Of a DNA stretch of 64,000 nucleotides, positions 30,919-40,422 are shown piece by piece. Origin of the DNA: a virus; the IMG/VR virus record IMGVR_UViG_3300030419_005541, positions 62,523 through 126,522 of that record; one strand, given 5' to 3'. Under the pieces are notes generated by a model, which ran no database searches, was not told the origin of the DNA, and saw only the letters and a program-made list of their open reading frames with translations. The first letter of the stretch is position 1; the number at the start of each line of letters is the position of its first letter. The position numbers and the translations under genes were made by a program.

Positions 30919-32288
30919 TGCCTTTTAAGTCTGAAAAACAAAAACGATGGATGTATGCTAATAAACCTAAAATGGCTAAAAAGTGGGAGAAGAAAGTGAA
31001 AGAACAAAAGCTAAATGAGAATCCAGCAGTAATAGCAACTGCGGCTCGCGCGGCTATAGAAAAAGCAAAAGAAAAAGACATTTCTCCTGGCGTAAAGGTA
31101 AAAACTGCTGCAAATAATCCAAACCATAAAGACCATAAAAAAGCAAAAGGTATTATACAAAGAATTAGAGATAAAGCAAAAGCGGCAATAGATAAAATTA
31201 AAAATAAAAAAGGTAAAGAAACAAAAAAAGCTGAACCAAAGAAACAATCTAAATCAGATGCTGACCATTATGCAAGACAATTTGGTGTTAAAGAAAATGC
31301 AAAACAACAATTAAAAATGTTTTTTGAAAAAAATGTTCCAACTAATCCAACTAAGTGGTCATATTACAAAAGTCGAGCAAAAGAAAAATTTGATGTTTAT
31401 CCATCAGCTTATGCAAATGCTTGGGCTGTTGACCAATATAATGATGCTGGTGGTGGATGGAAAAAAGAAAAGAAAAAGAAAAAAGAACAAATTGGTGAAG
31501 CTAAAATAAAAAGATGGGAACAAATACCAAAAAGTGGAACTATTGATTTTGGTAAATATGGTAGATTTGTAATACTAAGTACAAACGATTTGAGAGTTAG
31601 TGGAAAATTTGTATCAGGTTCTGCTAAAAGTAATAGAACAATTACATTTTATTCTGATAAAGGAAAAACTTATTATCGTAAAAGAAAAGGATTGAGCATA
31701 TCAGATACTCCATCATTTCCTTTTGATAATGTTAAATCTATAAAAGAATCCGAAGTAAATGAACGTATGCCATATAAACGCTCTTTTAAAGGACAACGGA
31801 AAACGGGTGATAATTACCTAGGCGGTTCAAGTGACAACAGAGGAAATAGAAGTGAACTATATCAAGCTAAAGACGGAAAATTTTATATTTGGGTACAGAG
31901 TGGCGGTGCTGAAGGTTACATAGACTTACCTAAAAACATAAAAAATAGAGGTGAGGCTGATGATATACATCTTGACCTTCGGGATAAATTTAGAAAAAAG
32001 AAACCAATTAAAGTTAAAGGTAAAACTCTCAAACCCGAATCTGTAAATGAAGATGTACTAAATGAAGCAACTTATGTAAAAGGTAAGATGATGGTAATAT
32101 TGAAAAATTCATTTATGGATGTACATGGAGGTTTAGTTAAGAATGTGACTTTATCAGATTCTTTATCTGACGAAGCAAGATACAGATTAGGTATGTTTCA
32201 AAAAAGAATGTCTGCGGCTCGTGAAAATTATGTTAAAGCAGTTATGAGAGCAAGTAAACCATTTGATAAAGAGATAACCGGAGTATAA
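30918..32288 (+). CDS. Modular basic protein, putative internal head polyprotein
   Basis: Modules 'MPFKSEKQKRWM' and 'KFDVYPSAYANAW' are separated by KLNE, IGE, EVNE and ESVNE. Confidence 0.5.
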   Translation: MPFKSEKQKRWMYANKPKMAKKWEKKVKEQKLNENPAVIATAARAAIEKAKEKDISPGVKVKTAANNPNHKDHKKAKGIIQRIRDKAKAAIDKIKNKKGKETKKAEPKKQSKSDADHYARQFGVKENAKQQLKMFFEKNVPTNPTKWSYYKSRAKEKFDVYPSAYANAWAVDQYNDAGGGWKKEKKKKKEQIGEAKIKRWEQIPKSGTIDFGKYGRFVILSTNDLRVSGKFVSGSAKSNRTITFYSDKGKTYYRKRKGLSISDTPSFPFDNVKSIKESEVNERMPYKRSFKGQRKTGDNYLGGSSDNRGNRSELYQAKDGKFYIWVQSGGAEGYIDLPKNIKNRGEADDIHLDLRDKFRKKKPIKVKGKTLKPESVNEDVLNEATYVKGKMMVILKNSFMDVHGGLVKNVTLSDSLSDEARYRLGMFQKRMSAARENYVKAVMRASKPFDKEITGV

Positions 32289-32289
32289 C

Positions 32290-32955
32290 GTGGCTAAGAT
32301 TCAAGTACAAGGTATTGGAATGTTTACTGATGATACTCTTAAAAAGAAAATTATACAATTAGCAAATGATTTACAAAAGAACGCTAAGAAAGGTAATTGG
32401 AATAAAGCATCTGAAAATGGTATCAGAGCATTAGGTCGTATGTGGGGAGCATATCAAGAGTGGTCGAGAAATAACGAATCTGTAAATGAAGCTGGTATGG
32501 AACTAAATAAAATTAAAGATGCTATATTAATGTTTCAAAAGAAGATTAAGAAACAAGGTAGCGTTACTAATGCGAGAGATGAAGACCACCTAAAGAATCT
32601 AATCAAAGTTTATAAACAAATGGGTGGTAAGGGAATTAAAGAAGGAAAACTTAATGAAAGAATGAAAACTCCTTTTATAGTACATCCTACTGACCCTGAC
32701 CAAACAGAAAGACATTTTGTTAAATTATTTAAACAACTTGCTAAAGGTCATCCAAGTCCAATTGATTACGGACCGAGAGAATCTGATATGTATGATTGGA
32801 ATGATAGACGTAATTACTATAAAGCAATAGAAGAATACAATAAGTATATGAATAAAATTGCTGACGGTCTTAATAAATCACTTGATGAGATGAACAACAT
32901 TTGGAAAACTTGGACAAAGATACGAGACAAACATCGTAAAAAAGATAAAAGTTAA
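32290..32955 (+). CDS. Modular hypothetical protein, putative internal head protein
   Basis: GTG start after GGAG; linkers NESVNEA and EGKLNE. Confidence 0.5.
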   Translation: MAKIQVQGIGMFTDDTLKKKIIQLANDLQKNAKKGNWNKASENGIRALGRMWGAYQEWSRNNESVNEAGMELNKIKDAILMFQKKIKKQGSVTNARDEDHLKNLIKVYKQMGGKGIKEGKLNERMKTPFIVHPTDPDQTERHFVKLFKQLAKGHPSPIDYGPRESDMYDWNDRRNYYKAIEEYNKYMNKIADGLNKSLDEMNNIWKTWTKIRDKHRKKDKS

Positions 32956-32957
32956 TA

Positions 32958-33416
32958 ATGATTAAGATAACAGATATATTAAATGAAAGTAAAACTTCTA
33001 ATATGATGAAAGCTATTCGTAAACACGGAACTGCGGGACCTTGGGATATTATTGTAAGTAAAAATAATAAGATAGCAAAACGAGTATCTGTACAAAATTT
33101 AAAAGAGATACCAGCAGAAATGGATGATGTAAAGAAAAAATTTCCAAACCATAAGATTGGTATAGAAGCAAAAAGTGGCAAGATAGCTTATAGAGAAGAT
33201 AATAGTTGGTCTAATAATAAAGCAAAAAAGAAAGCTGATGTTGCTAAAATTATAAAAAAAGATATGGCTCTTATTATAAGCGGCGGGAAACCGAAAGGTG
33301 GATACAACGGCAACACAGGTGAAATTTTTGCTTGGGCTGATTCAAATTCTAAACGAGGTATGAGATACACGGTAAGTGTTGATACCGTAAGAGATATGTT
33401 AAGAGAATTACCATGA
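32958..33416 (+). CDS. Hypothetical protein, putative internal head protein
   Basis: Starts MIKITDILNE. Confidence 0.5.
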   Translation: MIKITDILNESKTSNMMKAIRKHGTAGPWDIIVSKNNKIAKRVSVQNLKEIPAEMDDVKKKFPNHKIGIEAKSGKIAYREDNSWSNNKAKKKADVAKIIKKDMALIISGGKPKGGYNGNTGEIFAWADSNSKRGMRYTVSVDTVRDMLRELP

Positions 33417-33450
33417 TAAAATTAAATAAAAATATTTTAGGAGATAAATA

Positions 33451-33738
33451 ATGGCAACAGCAGATGCAGGAGGAATGCACCGAGAAAAAAGAAAAGATGC
33501 TTACAGCCTCGGTGATTACAATAAAGTAACATACGTAGCACCAAACTCAATGGTAGCATTCACAGGTTCAATGGCGAGCGCTGCGGTTTTGATTGAAAAT
33601 GCTACAAATGTAACACTTAATTTAAATAATGGTGGTAGTATGACAGGTGCATTACTAAATACTAAAGAAATACATCCAATCGGTGTTAACAAAGTAACAA
33701 TAGGTGCTACAGGCAAAGTACACGTATTACATAGATAA
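33451..33738 (+). CDS. Small beta-rich hypothetical (possible capsid decoration) protein
   Basis: 95 aa with AGGAG SD, in the head module. Confidence 0.45.
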   Translation: MATADAGGMHREKRKDAYSLGDYNKVTYVAPNSMVAFTGSMASAAVLIENATNVTLNLNNGGSMTGALLNTKEIHPIGVNKVTIGATGKVHVLHR

Positions 33739-33758
33739 AATTTATAACGGAGATTCTA

Positions 33759-34358
33759 ATGAAAATTAAAGATATAATAAAAGAAAATTCTGTTCTTGTT
33801 AGTCCAATAAGAACAATCAGACCGATTGGTGATACAGGCTCACAAATAAAAATGTCTGATTTAGTAAAAGAAGACGAACAGAATGAAGAAAGAAAAATCG
33901 ATACAAATGCTTTTCTTGGTATGGTTAACAGATTTGGTCGTATCGGTGAAGATATTAAAGTCAATGACTTACGTGGTATAGCTAATGTGTTAAAGAATGT
34001 TGCTGAAGTAGCAAAGATTCATACAGAGTCTTTACAAGAAGATTGGTTTGATAAAGTAACCGTCACACGTAATATGAAAGAATTAAATAACTATTCAAGG
34101 CAGTTTAGTAAAATTGCTCAAGAGGCCGCAAGTCTTCAAGAACGTATGCGTGGCCTATATGAAGATATGGGTAACATTATGGGTCGTTATTATGAAATCA
34201 ATGAAGAACTTACAGAAGACGATGATTATGATGAGTTTTTTCAAGCCGCACTTAAAAAATTTGATGCAAGTTCTCCTGCTGATATGGATGGTGAAAAGAA
34301 AAAGAAATTTTTTAATTATGTAGATAAAAATTATGATGCTAAGGATGAGAGGGACTAA
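33759..34358 (+). CDS. Hypothetical head-module protein
   Basis: Starts MKIKDIIKE, has an internal KMSDLVKE, and ends in the module 'YDEFFQAALKKF...KKKFFNYVD'. Confidence 0.5.
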   Translation: MKIKDIIKENSVLVSPIRTIRPIGDTGSQIKMSDLVKEDEQNEERKIDTNAFLGMVNRFGRIGEDIKVNDLRGIANVLKNVAEVAKIHTESLQEDWFDKVTVTRNMKELNNYSRQFSKIAQEAASLQERMRGLYEDMGNIMGRYYEINEELTEDDDYDEFFQAALKKFDASSPADMDGEKKKKFFNYVDKNYDAKDERD

Positions 34359-34565
34359 ATGGTTTATGTAAAGGTTGATAAAAAAAGAAGTGTTGAAAAA
34401 GCAATATCAATATTTAAGAGAAAAGTAAAAGAAGCAGGTATTCTTTTAGAGTTACGTGAAAGACAAGAATTTAAAAAGAAAAGTGCAGTAAAAAGAAAAA
34501 AGAGAGCACAAGCATTAGCTCGTATGAGACAAAGAAAAGAAAAAAGACCAACAAAATGGTTATAA
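34359..34565 (+). CDS. rpsU: Ribosomal protein bS21
   Basis: 68 aa; 'V.V....SVEKAISIFKRKVKEAGILLELRERQEFKK.S..RK' matches the bS21 pattern. Confidence 0.85.
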   Translation: MVYVKVDKKRSVEKAISIFKRKVKEAGILLELRERQEFKKKSAVKRKKRAQALARMRQRKEKRPTKWL

Positions 34566-34580
34566 AATCTTTTCTTTATA

Positions 34581-34588
34581 TATTTATA
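34581..34588 (+). promoter_or_regulatory. TATTTATA late-promoter-like motif
   Basis: Upstream of the scaffold-major capsid pair. Confidence 0.6.
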
Positions 34589-34700
34589 TAAAAACAAATA
34601 CACTTTCGTACTTTCGTACATCATAAAGTGTACCAATAGAGTAATCTATAATAGTTTAAAATAACTATTTTAATTCCAAAATTCCGTAAGGAGAATAGTA

Positions 34701-35723
34701 ATGGATGATTTATTAAAAGATGCCATTGCAGATGCCAAAGCAGTTCGTGAAACAGCTATCGCTAACGCTAAATTAGCTTTAGAAGAAGCTTTCACTCCTA
34801 AACTTCAGAATATGCTTTCCGCTAAAATTCAAAATGAAATCGACCTTGACGAAGAAGAACACGAAGACGAAGAAGGACACGAAGACGAAGAAGAAATGGA
34901 AGCAGAAGGTCGCGGTGACGATGAAATGGCTCGTGACGGTGATGAACTTGAAAATGAAATGCGTGGAGACGATAAAGAAGTTGAAGAAGATGAACACGAA
35001 GACGAAGAACAGAATGAAGAAGACGATATGGACATGGATGCTGATGACGAAGAGATGGGTGACGATGAGTTAGACCTCGAAGCTATTATCAAAGAGTTAG
35101 AAGCTGAAATTAACGAAGAAGATGAAGAAGAACCTAAGGAAGAATCTGTCAACGAAGAAGATGATGAGTCTGAAAAGAAAGATGAATCTGTCAACGAAGA
35201 AGAAGAAGATGAACCTAAGGAAGAATCTGTCAACGAAGAAGAAGAAGATGAAAAGAAAGATGATGTCAAGGAAGACGCTGAGTTTAACTTAGATGAAATT
35301 CTTGATGCTCTTAAAGAAGAATCTGACGAAGAAAGCGATGACGTTTCTGAAATCTCTAAAGTTCGTGCTGAGTTAGAAGAAACTCGTGAAGCTGTCAAAT
35401 TTATGAGAGACAAGCTAAATGAAGTTAATCTACTTAACGCTAAGCTTCTTTTCACAAACAAGCTTTTCCGTGCTTATGGCTTAAACAATGAGCAAAAAAT
35501 GAAAGTTGTTGAGACTTTCGACAGAGCATCAAACATACGTGAAGTCAAGTTGGTTTATTCAACAATGGCTGAAACATTTGGTGCTAAGAAGACTGAAATT
35601 AAAGAATCAAAAGGCTCGGCTTCTAAAGCTGTTGCATCAACAAAGAGTGAAAAACAAGAAGAAGTAATTTCTGAAGGTAATGAACTCCGCAACAGATTTA
35701 AGAAGTTAGCTAATATCATTTAA
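34701..35723 (+). CDS. Prohead scaffolding/core protein (T4 gp22 positional equivalent)
   Basis: Very acidic coiled-coil protein immediately upstream of the MCP, with 3x ESVNEE repeats and AAGGAG SD. Confidence 0.75.
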   Translation: MDDLLKDAIADAKAVRETAIANAKLALEEAFTPKLQNMLSAKIQNEIDLDEEEHEDEEGHEDEEEMEAEGRGDDEMARDGDELENEMRGDDKEVEEDEHEDEEQNEEDDMDMDADDEEMGDDELDLEAIIKELEAEINEEDEEEPKEESVNEEDDESEKKDESVNEEEEDEPKEESVNEEEEDEKKDDVKEDAEFNLDEILDALKEESDEESDDVSEISKVRAELEETREAVKFMRDKLNEVNLLNAKLLFTNKLFRAYGLNNEQKMKVVETFDRASNIREVKLVYSTMAETFGAKKTEIKESKGSASKAVASTKSEKQEEVISEGNELRNRFKKLANII

Positions 35724-35734
35724 GGGGAATTAAA

Positions 35735-37342
35735 ATGCCTAATTATGACAATATTAATGACTTAATGAGCGCTCAATCTCCACAAGCTGAATTGTTGAAA
35801 CATACACGTAAGCTTCAGGAGAAATGGGAACCAACAGGTTTATTAGATGGCATAGATGATGAAACTAAGAAAAGTAGTATGTCTGTACTTCTTGAGAACC
35901 AGGCTTCACAGCTTGTTAAAGAGGCTTCTCAGACTTCTACATCTTCTAACAAAGAAGAATGGTCAGGTGTTGCACTTCCATTGGTTCGTAGAATCTTTGG
36001 TGAGTTAGCCGCACAGGACTTCGTAAGCGTTCAGCCTATGAATCTTCCAAGTGGACTTATTTTCTATCTTGACTTCAAATATGGCTCAGGTAATGGACTT
36101 GCAGAAGTAGGTGGCGACATCTTCGGTAACACTTCAGGTTCAGGTGATGCGAGTGGTGGACTTTATGGTGCTGGTAAATTTGGATATTCTGCTAAAGAAG
36201 TATCTAAAACAGGACTTGTAAGTGCTGCAGCTCTTGCGTCTGATAAATTTACAACCGGTTCAGTAGGATTCGCTGATGTTGACTTTGAACCATCACTTTC
36301 TGCTTCTTTATCAAGCTTGATGAAAGTTAGTATTCGTAAACAGGATTTATCAAGTCCTGACGTGCAGTCTGTAAGAGCTTTTGAACTTACAGGTTCACAA
36401 ATCAATACACTTTATCCTGCTTATACAGCTTATGATGGTGATGATACAATTTCATTTATCGTTGATGGTGGTGCTACACTACCTGCACAAGCGATTGGTG
36501 TGAAATATATCAAAGAAACAGGTGCTACTTCAAGAGGTGATTTTGAAGATACTCCTGCAGAACCAACTCCAACTGATTTGAGTATACCTCAGGTAGACAT
36601 CCAAATGAAATCAATTCCGATTGTCGCAAAGACTCGTAAATTGAAAGCTGTTTGGACTCCTGAACTTGCTCAAGACCTTAACGCTTATCATTCAGTTGAT
36701 GCTGAAGCTGAATTGACATCTATGCTTTCTGAGTATGTTTCTATGGAAATAGATTTAGAAATCCTTGATATGTTGATGGCTGACGCTTCTGCTAAAGAAG
36801 AAAAGTGGTCTGCTAAAGTTGGATTCGAATGGGATGGTGGTAATGCTTTTGCAGAATCATCAGGTAATTCAAATGCTTACACAAAAGGTGAGTGGTTCCA
36901 AACACTTGGAAACAAAATCCAAAGCGTAAGTAACGCAATACATCAGAAGACACTACGTGGTGGTGCTAACTTTATTGTTGTTTCTCCTGAGACTGCAACA
37001 ATCATTGAAAGTATACCTGGCTACGCAGCTTCTACTAATGGTGATGCTAACAACAACAAGTATGCGATGGGTGTACAGCAGATAGGTGCTCTTAATAACA
37101 GATATACGGTTTACAAGAACCCATATATGTTAGAGAATCAAATCCTATGTGGTTTCAGAGGAAGCAATTTCTTAGAAACAGGTGCTGTCTATGCTCCATA
37201 CATTCCGTTAATTATGACACCTCTTGTTTACGACCCTGTGAATTTCACACCTCGTAAAGGCGTAATGACACGTTATGCTAAGAAGATGGTACGTCCTGAG
37301 TTCTACGGTAAAGTTATCGTTGCTGACGTTGACAAAGTGTAA
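35735..37342 (+). CDS. Major capsid protein (T4 gp23-like)
   Basis: 'LLENQ', 'LVRR', 'VQPM..P.GLIF', 'KTRKLKAVWTPELAQDLNAYH..DAEAEL', 'YAPYIPL' and 'GVMTRY'. Confidence 0.96.
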   Translation: MPNYDNINDLMSAQSPQAELLKHTRKLQEKWEPTGLLDGIDDETKKSSMSVLLENQASQLVKEASQTSTSSNKEEWSGVALPLVRRIFGELAAQDFVSVQPMNLPSGLIFYLDFKYGSGNGLAEVGGDIFGNTSGSGDASGGLYGAGKFGYSAKEVSKTGLVSAAALASDKFTTGSVGFADVDFEPSLSASLSSLMKVSIRKQDLSSPDVQSVRAFELTGSQINTLYPAYTAYDGDDTISFIVDGGATLPAQAIGVKYIKETGATSRGDFEDTPAEPTPTDLSIPQVDIQMKSIPIVAKTRKLKAVWTPELAQDLNAYHSVDAEAELTSMLSEYVSMEIDLEILDMLMADASAKEEKWSAKVGFEWDGGNAFAESSGNSNAYTKGEWFQTLGNKIQSVSNAIHQKTLRGGANFIVVSPETATIIESIPGYAASTNGDANNNKYAMGVQQIGALNNRYTVYKNPYMLENQILCGFRGSNFLETGAVYAPYIPLIMTPLVYDPVNFTPRKGVMTRYAKKMVRPEFYGKVIVADVDKV

Positions 37343-37367
37343 GTAATTTAACTTATACTCTTTAAGG

Positions 37368-37400
37368 AAAAGGCCCTATTTTTAGGGCCTTTTTCTTTTT
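37368..37400 (+). terminator. Rho-independent terminator after the MCP
   Basis: AAAAGGCCCTA-TTTT-TAGGGCCTTTT followed by a T-tract. Confidence 0.85.
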
Positions 37401-37428
37401 CTATTTCTTCAGAAATTTGAGTTTTTTA

Positions 37429-37436
37429 TATTTATA
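37429..37436 (+). promoter_or_regulatory. TATTTATA late-promoter-like motif
   Basis: Just after the terminator and before the neck gene. Confidence 0.6.
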
Positions 37437-37463
37437 TATGATACAAAGCTTTGGAGAAAAAAT

Positions 37464-38633
37464 ATGCCTCAATTATCAATATGGTCAGGTACAAGTACAT
37501 TTAGTAGTGGACAGACACCATATGGATTCTATGATAGTGATTCAGAATTTTCAGGTTCAGGAGTACATTCTGTAGACAGATTTGCAGATTGGGCCGCAAA
37601 AAGACTTGGATATCCAATAGTAGATATAGAATTACAATCAGGTTCCTTTTATGCTTGTTATGAAGAAGCTGTAACAGAATATTCAGCACAAGTAAATCAG
37701 TTTAATATTAAAGATAATTTATTATCTTTGCAAGGTCAGCCTACAAGTTCTAATCTAACACACAGAACCGTAACTAATTCTTTTGGTAGATTTATTACTC
37801 TTTCTGAACAATATGGTACAGAAGCAGGTGTAGGCGGAACGGTAGATTTTAAAACAGGTTCTATCGATATTGTTAGTGGTTCACAAGAATATGATTTAGA
37901 TGCACTTTGGACAATTCCATCAGAGAGTGTAGCATCATCAGGTAGTGGTATAGAAATTAGAAAAATTTATTATGAAGGACCTGCCGCAGTCAATAAATAT
38001 TTTGACCCTTATGCCGGTGTAAATCAAAATAATATGAATATGTTAGATGCGTTTGGGTGGGGAAATTATTCACCTTCAATTCAGTTTCTAATGATGCCAA
38101 TGTATGCTGACTTATTAAGAATACAAGCTATAGAGTTAAATGACCAAATTAGAAAATCAGCATATTCTTTTGAATTGACAAATAACAAACTAAGAATTTT
38201 CCCAAAACCTGTCGATGATTATAAATTATATTTTAAATATCTTATAAAAGACGATAGAGGTAATCCACTAAAAGGTAGTAATCAAGATAGAATAAGTGAC
38301 ATAAGTAATGCACCATATGACAATATGCAATTTAAATTTATAAATGATGTTGGTAAACAATGGATTAAAAAGTATGCACTTGCTCTATGTAAAGAGTTAT
38401 TAGGAACAATAAGAAGCAAGTATTCTTCAGTACCTATTCCAAATGCAGATGTTTCGATGGACGGTGATACATTGAGAAATGAAGCCGCAACAGAAAAAGA
38501 AAATTTAATAACACAATTACGGGAAGTATTAGAACAAACAAGTAGAAAAGCAATGATGGAAGCAGAACGTGATGAATCTGAAGCATTGCAAGAAAAACTT
38601 AATAAAGTACCTTACCCAATTTACATAGGATAA
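37464..38633 (+). CDS. Neck/head-tail adaptor protein (T4 gp13-like)
   Basis: 'KRLGYPIVDIEL' and 'WIKKYALALCKELLG..RSKY...P...V.MDG..L'; it follows the MCP. Confidence 0.75.
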   Translation: MPQLSIWSGTSTFSSGQTPYGFYDSDSEFSGSGVHSVDRFADWAAKRLGYPIVDIELQSGSFYACYEEAVTEYSAQVNQFNIKDNLLSLQGQPTSSNLTHRTVTNSFGRFITLSEQYGTEAGVGGTVDFKTGSIDIVSGSQEYDLDALWTIPSESVASSGSGIEIRKIYYEGPAAVNKYFDPYAGVNQNNMNMLDAFGWGNYSPSIQFLMMPMYADLLRIQAIELNDQIRKSAYSFELTNNKLRIFPKPVDDYKLYFKYLIKDDRGNPLKGSNQDRISDISNAPYDNMQFKFINDVGKQWIKKYALALCKELLGTIRSKYSSVPIPNADVSMDGDTLRNEAATEKENLITQLREVLEQTSRKAMMEAERDESEALQEKLNKVPYPIYIG

Positions 38634-38637
38634 AGTG

Positions 38638-39123
38638 ATGGCAGGACGCTTTCTCTCATCAAGAGATAACGATTTCTTTCACAAAGTAAACAAAGAACTA
38701 TTAGGTGATTCGTTTAGAAGTAAAGAAGGAATAATAAATCAAGAAGTAACAATTTATCAAATAGATGAACGAGATACCTCTGTTGATATGTACGGAGAAT
38801 CAGCATCAGGTAAAGCTTGGAAAGATGGTGTTTCTTTAAAATGTTTAATTGATGCAGAAGATTTTGATTTTAATACTGACGAGTTTGGAGCTGATAAACA
38901 ACAAAATGCAACTTTCTCTTTTTTAAGAGATTCAGTATTAGAAGCAAATATTGTTATAGCTTTAGGAGATGTAATAAATTGGAACTACGCATATTTTACA
39001 ATTTCATCTTTAAATGAAAATCAATTAATTGGTGGAATGCAAAATCAAAATTTTTCAGTAATAGCAACAGCATATCTAACAAGACTAAGTAGTTTAGGTA
39101 TTGAAAATGTGAGGGCTTACTAA
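38638..39123 (+). CDS. Neck/head-closure protein (T4 gp14-like)
   Basis: 'D.YGE', 'FG' and 'GDVI.W' motifs; it follows the gp13-like gene. Confidence 0.55.
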   Translation: MAGRFLSSRDNDFFHKVNKELLGDSFRSKEGIINQEVTIYQIDERDTSVDMYGESASGKAWKDGVSLKCLIDAEDFDFNTDEFGADKQQNATFSFLRDSVLEANIVIALGDVINWNYAYFTISSLNENQLIGGMQNQNFSVIATAYLTRLSSLGIENVRAY

Positions 39124-39965
39124 TGGCAGGTAGAGTAGAACCTAATTTATCAAGACCGATTGAGTATACAGAAAAAAAGAAAATCAATCGTGGTCGTGAG
39201 TTAAGAAGAGATAACGATGATTATAAAAAGAATTATTCAATTACTCTTATGGACCACGATGCGGCTGTTATGTATTATTTTAATGAAGTAATCAGACCCG
39301 TTGTAGAAGAGAATGGTAATCAAGTAAAAGTTCCAATTATGTATGCTAATCCTGAAAGATGGGCAAGTGTTAAAAAATCAGGTCATATGGTAGACAGAAA
39401 TAAAAAAAGAATTATTCCTGTAGTAGCATTTAGAAGAGTTTCGATTGAGAAAGACCCTAACTATGTTATAGATAAATTAGATGCTAATAAACCAAATCTT
39501 ACATATACATTTCAAAAAAAATATTCTGTAAATAACAGATACGATTTATTGTCTGCTATGAATGGTGCTCAACCAAGTAAAGAATTTCATTCTGTAACAA
39601 TGCCTGACTATATGATTATGAATTATGAAGCTATCGTTTGGACAAACTTTACAGACCAAATGAATAAGATTATTGAAAGAATCAATTTTGCTGATGGAGC
39701 ATATTGGGGTGACCCAGGAAAATTTAAATTTCGTACTACTATAGATAGTTTTACAGATGCATCTGAATATGACCAAGAAAGATTGATAAGAACTAACTTT
39801 AGTTTTACGTTTAACGGATATTTATTACCCGAAGAGTTTAATGGTGTTTCTAATACACAACGTGGCTTCTCTCCAAAGTATGTCACTATGTTTTCAGAAA
39901 CAACTACAGATTTAAATAAAACTCTTAGAAACGAAAATATTGAAGTGAAGGGACAAAATGGCTGA
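39123..39965 (+). CDS. Tail terminator/sheath stabilizer (T4 gp15-like)
   Basis: 'KVPIMYA.PE.W', 'P.Y...Y...W...DQMNKIIE.I' and 'F.FT..GYL'; consistent synteny. Confidence 0.6.
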   Translation: MAGRVEPNLSRPIEYTEKKKINRGRELRRDNDDYKKNYSITLMDHDAAVMYYFNEVIRPVVEENGNQVKVPIMYANPERWASVKKSGHMVDRNKKRIIPVVAFRRVSIEKDPNYVIDKLDANKPNLTYTFQKKYSVNNRYDLLSAMNGAQPSKEFHSVTMPDYMIMNYEAIVWTNFTDQMNKIIERINFADGAYWGDPGKFKFRTTIDSFTDASEYDQERLIRTNFSFTFNGYLLPEEFNGVSNTQRGFSPKYVTMFSETTTDLNKTLRNENIEVKGQNG

Positions 39966-40422
39966 TACGAGCGATTACTTACGAACTAATCAAATAGGAA
40001 ACATAGAAGACTTAGAGTTTACTAATGCAGATGGCGGACCTACTTTATATATTTTAAGAGGTAGTGGTGAACCATCAAGTTCAGCAGATAGTAAAGCACT
40101 TGTAAATTATGGATATGTTGTTGGTAACTTTGTAACAAGACAACAATATTTTGCAGGCAACGCATCTTCATCTTTAAAAGCAGGGTCTCCTGTTTATAGA
40201 GTTACTTTATCAGCTACAGGTTCACAACAAGTTAATTCTAATACTTTAGAAGTATATTTAAATGGTATTAGTTTAAGAAAAAATGAAATAGCAAATCAAC
40301 ACTCTTCAGACTATTTCTTATCAGGTTCTAATAATGTAGTTTTATATAAACCAACAGGTTCATATGGTTATTCTATAAAAAATGATGATAAAATTAAAAT
40401 TAAATTTCAACAAGGATTCTAA
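39958..40422 (+). CDS. Structural protein (neck/fibre-associated)
   Basis: 'EVYLNG....DY....D.I.I.F' beta domain. Confidence 0.45.
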   Translation: MADTSDYLRTNQIGNIEDLEFTNADGGPTLYILRGSGEPSSSADSKALVNYGYVVGNFVTRQQYFAGNASSSLKAGSPVYRVTLSATGSQQVNSNTLEVYLNGISLRKNEIANQHSSDYFLSGSNNVVLYKPTGSYGYSIKNDDKIKIKFQQGF

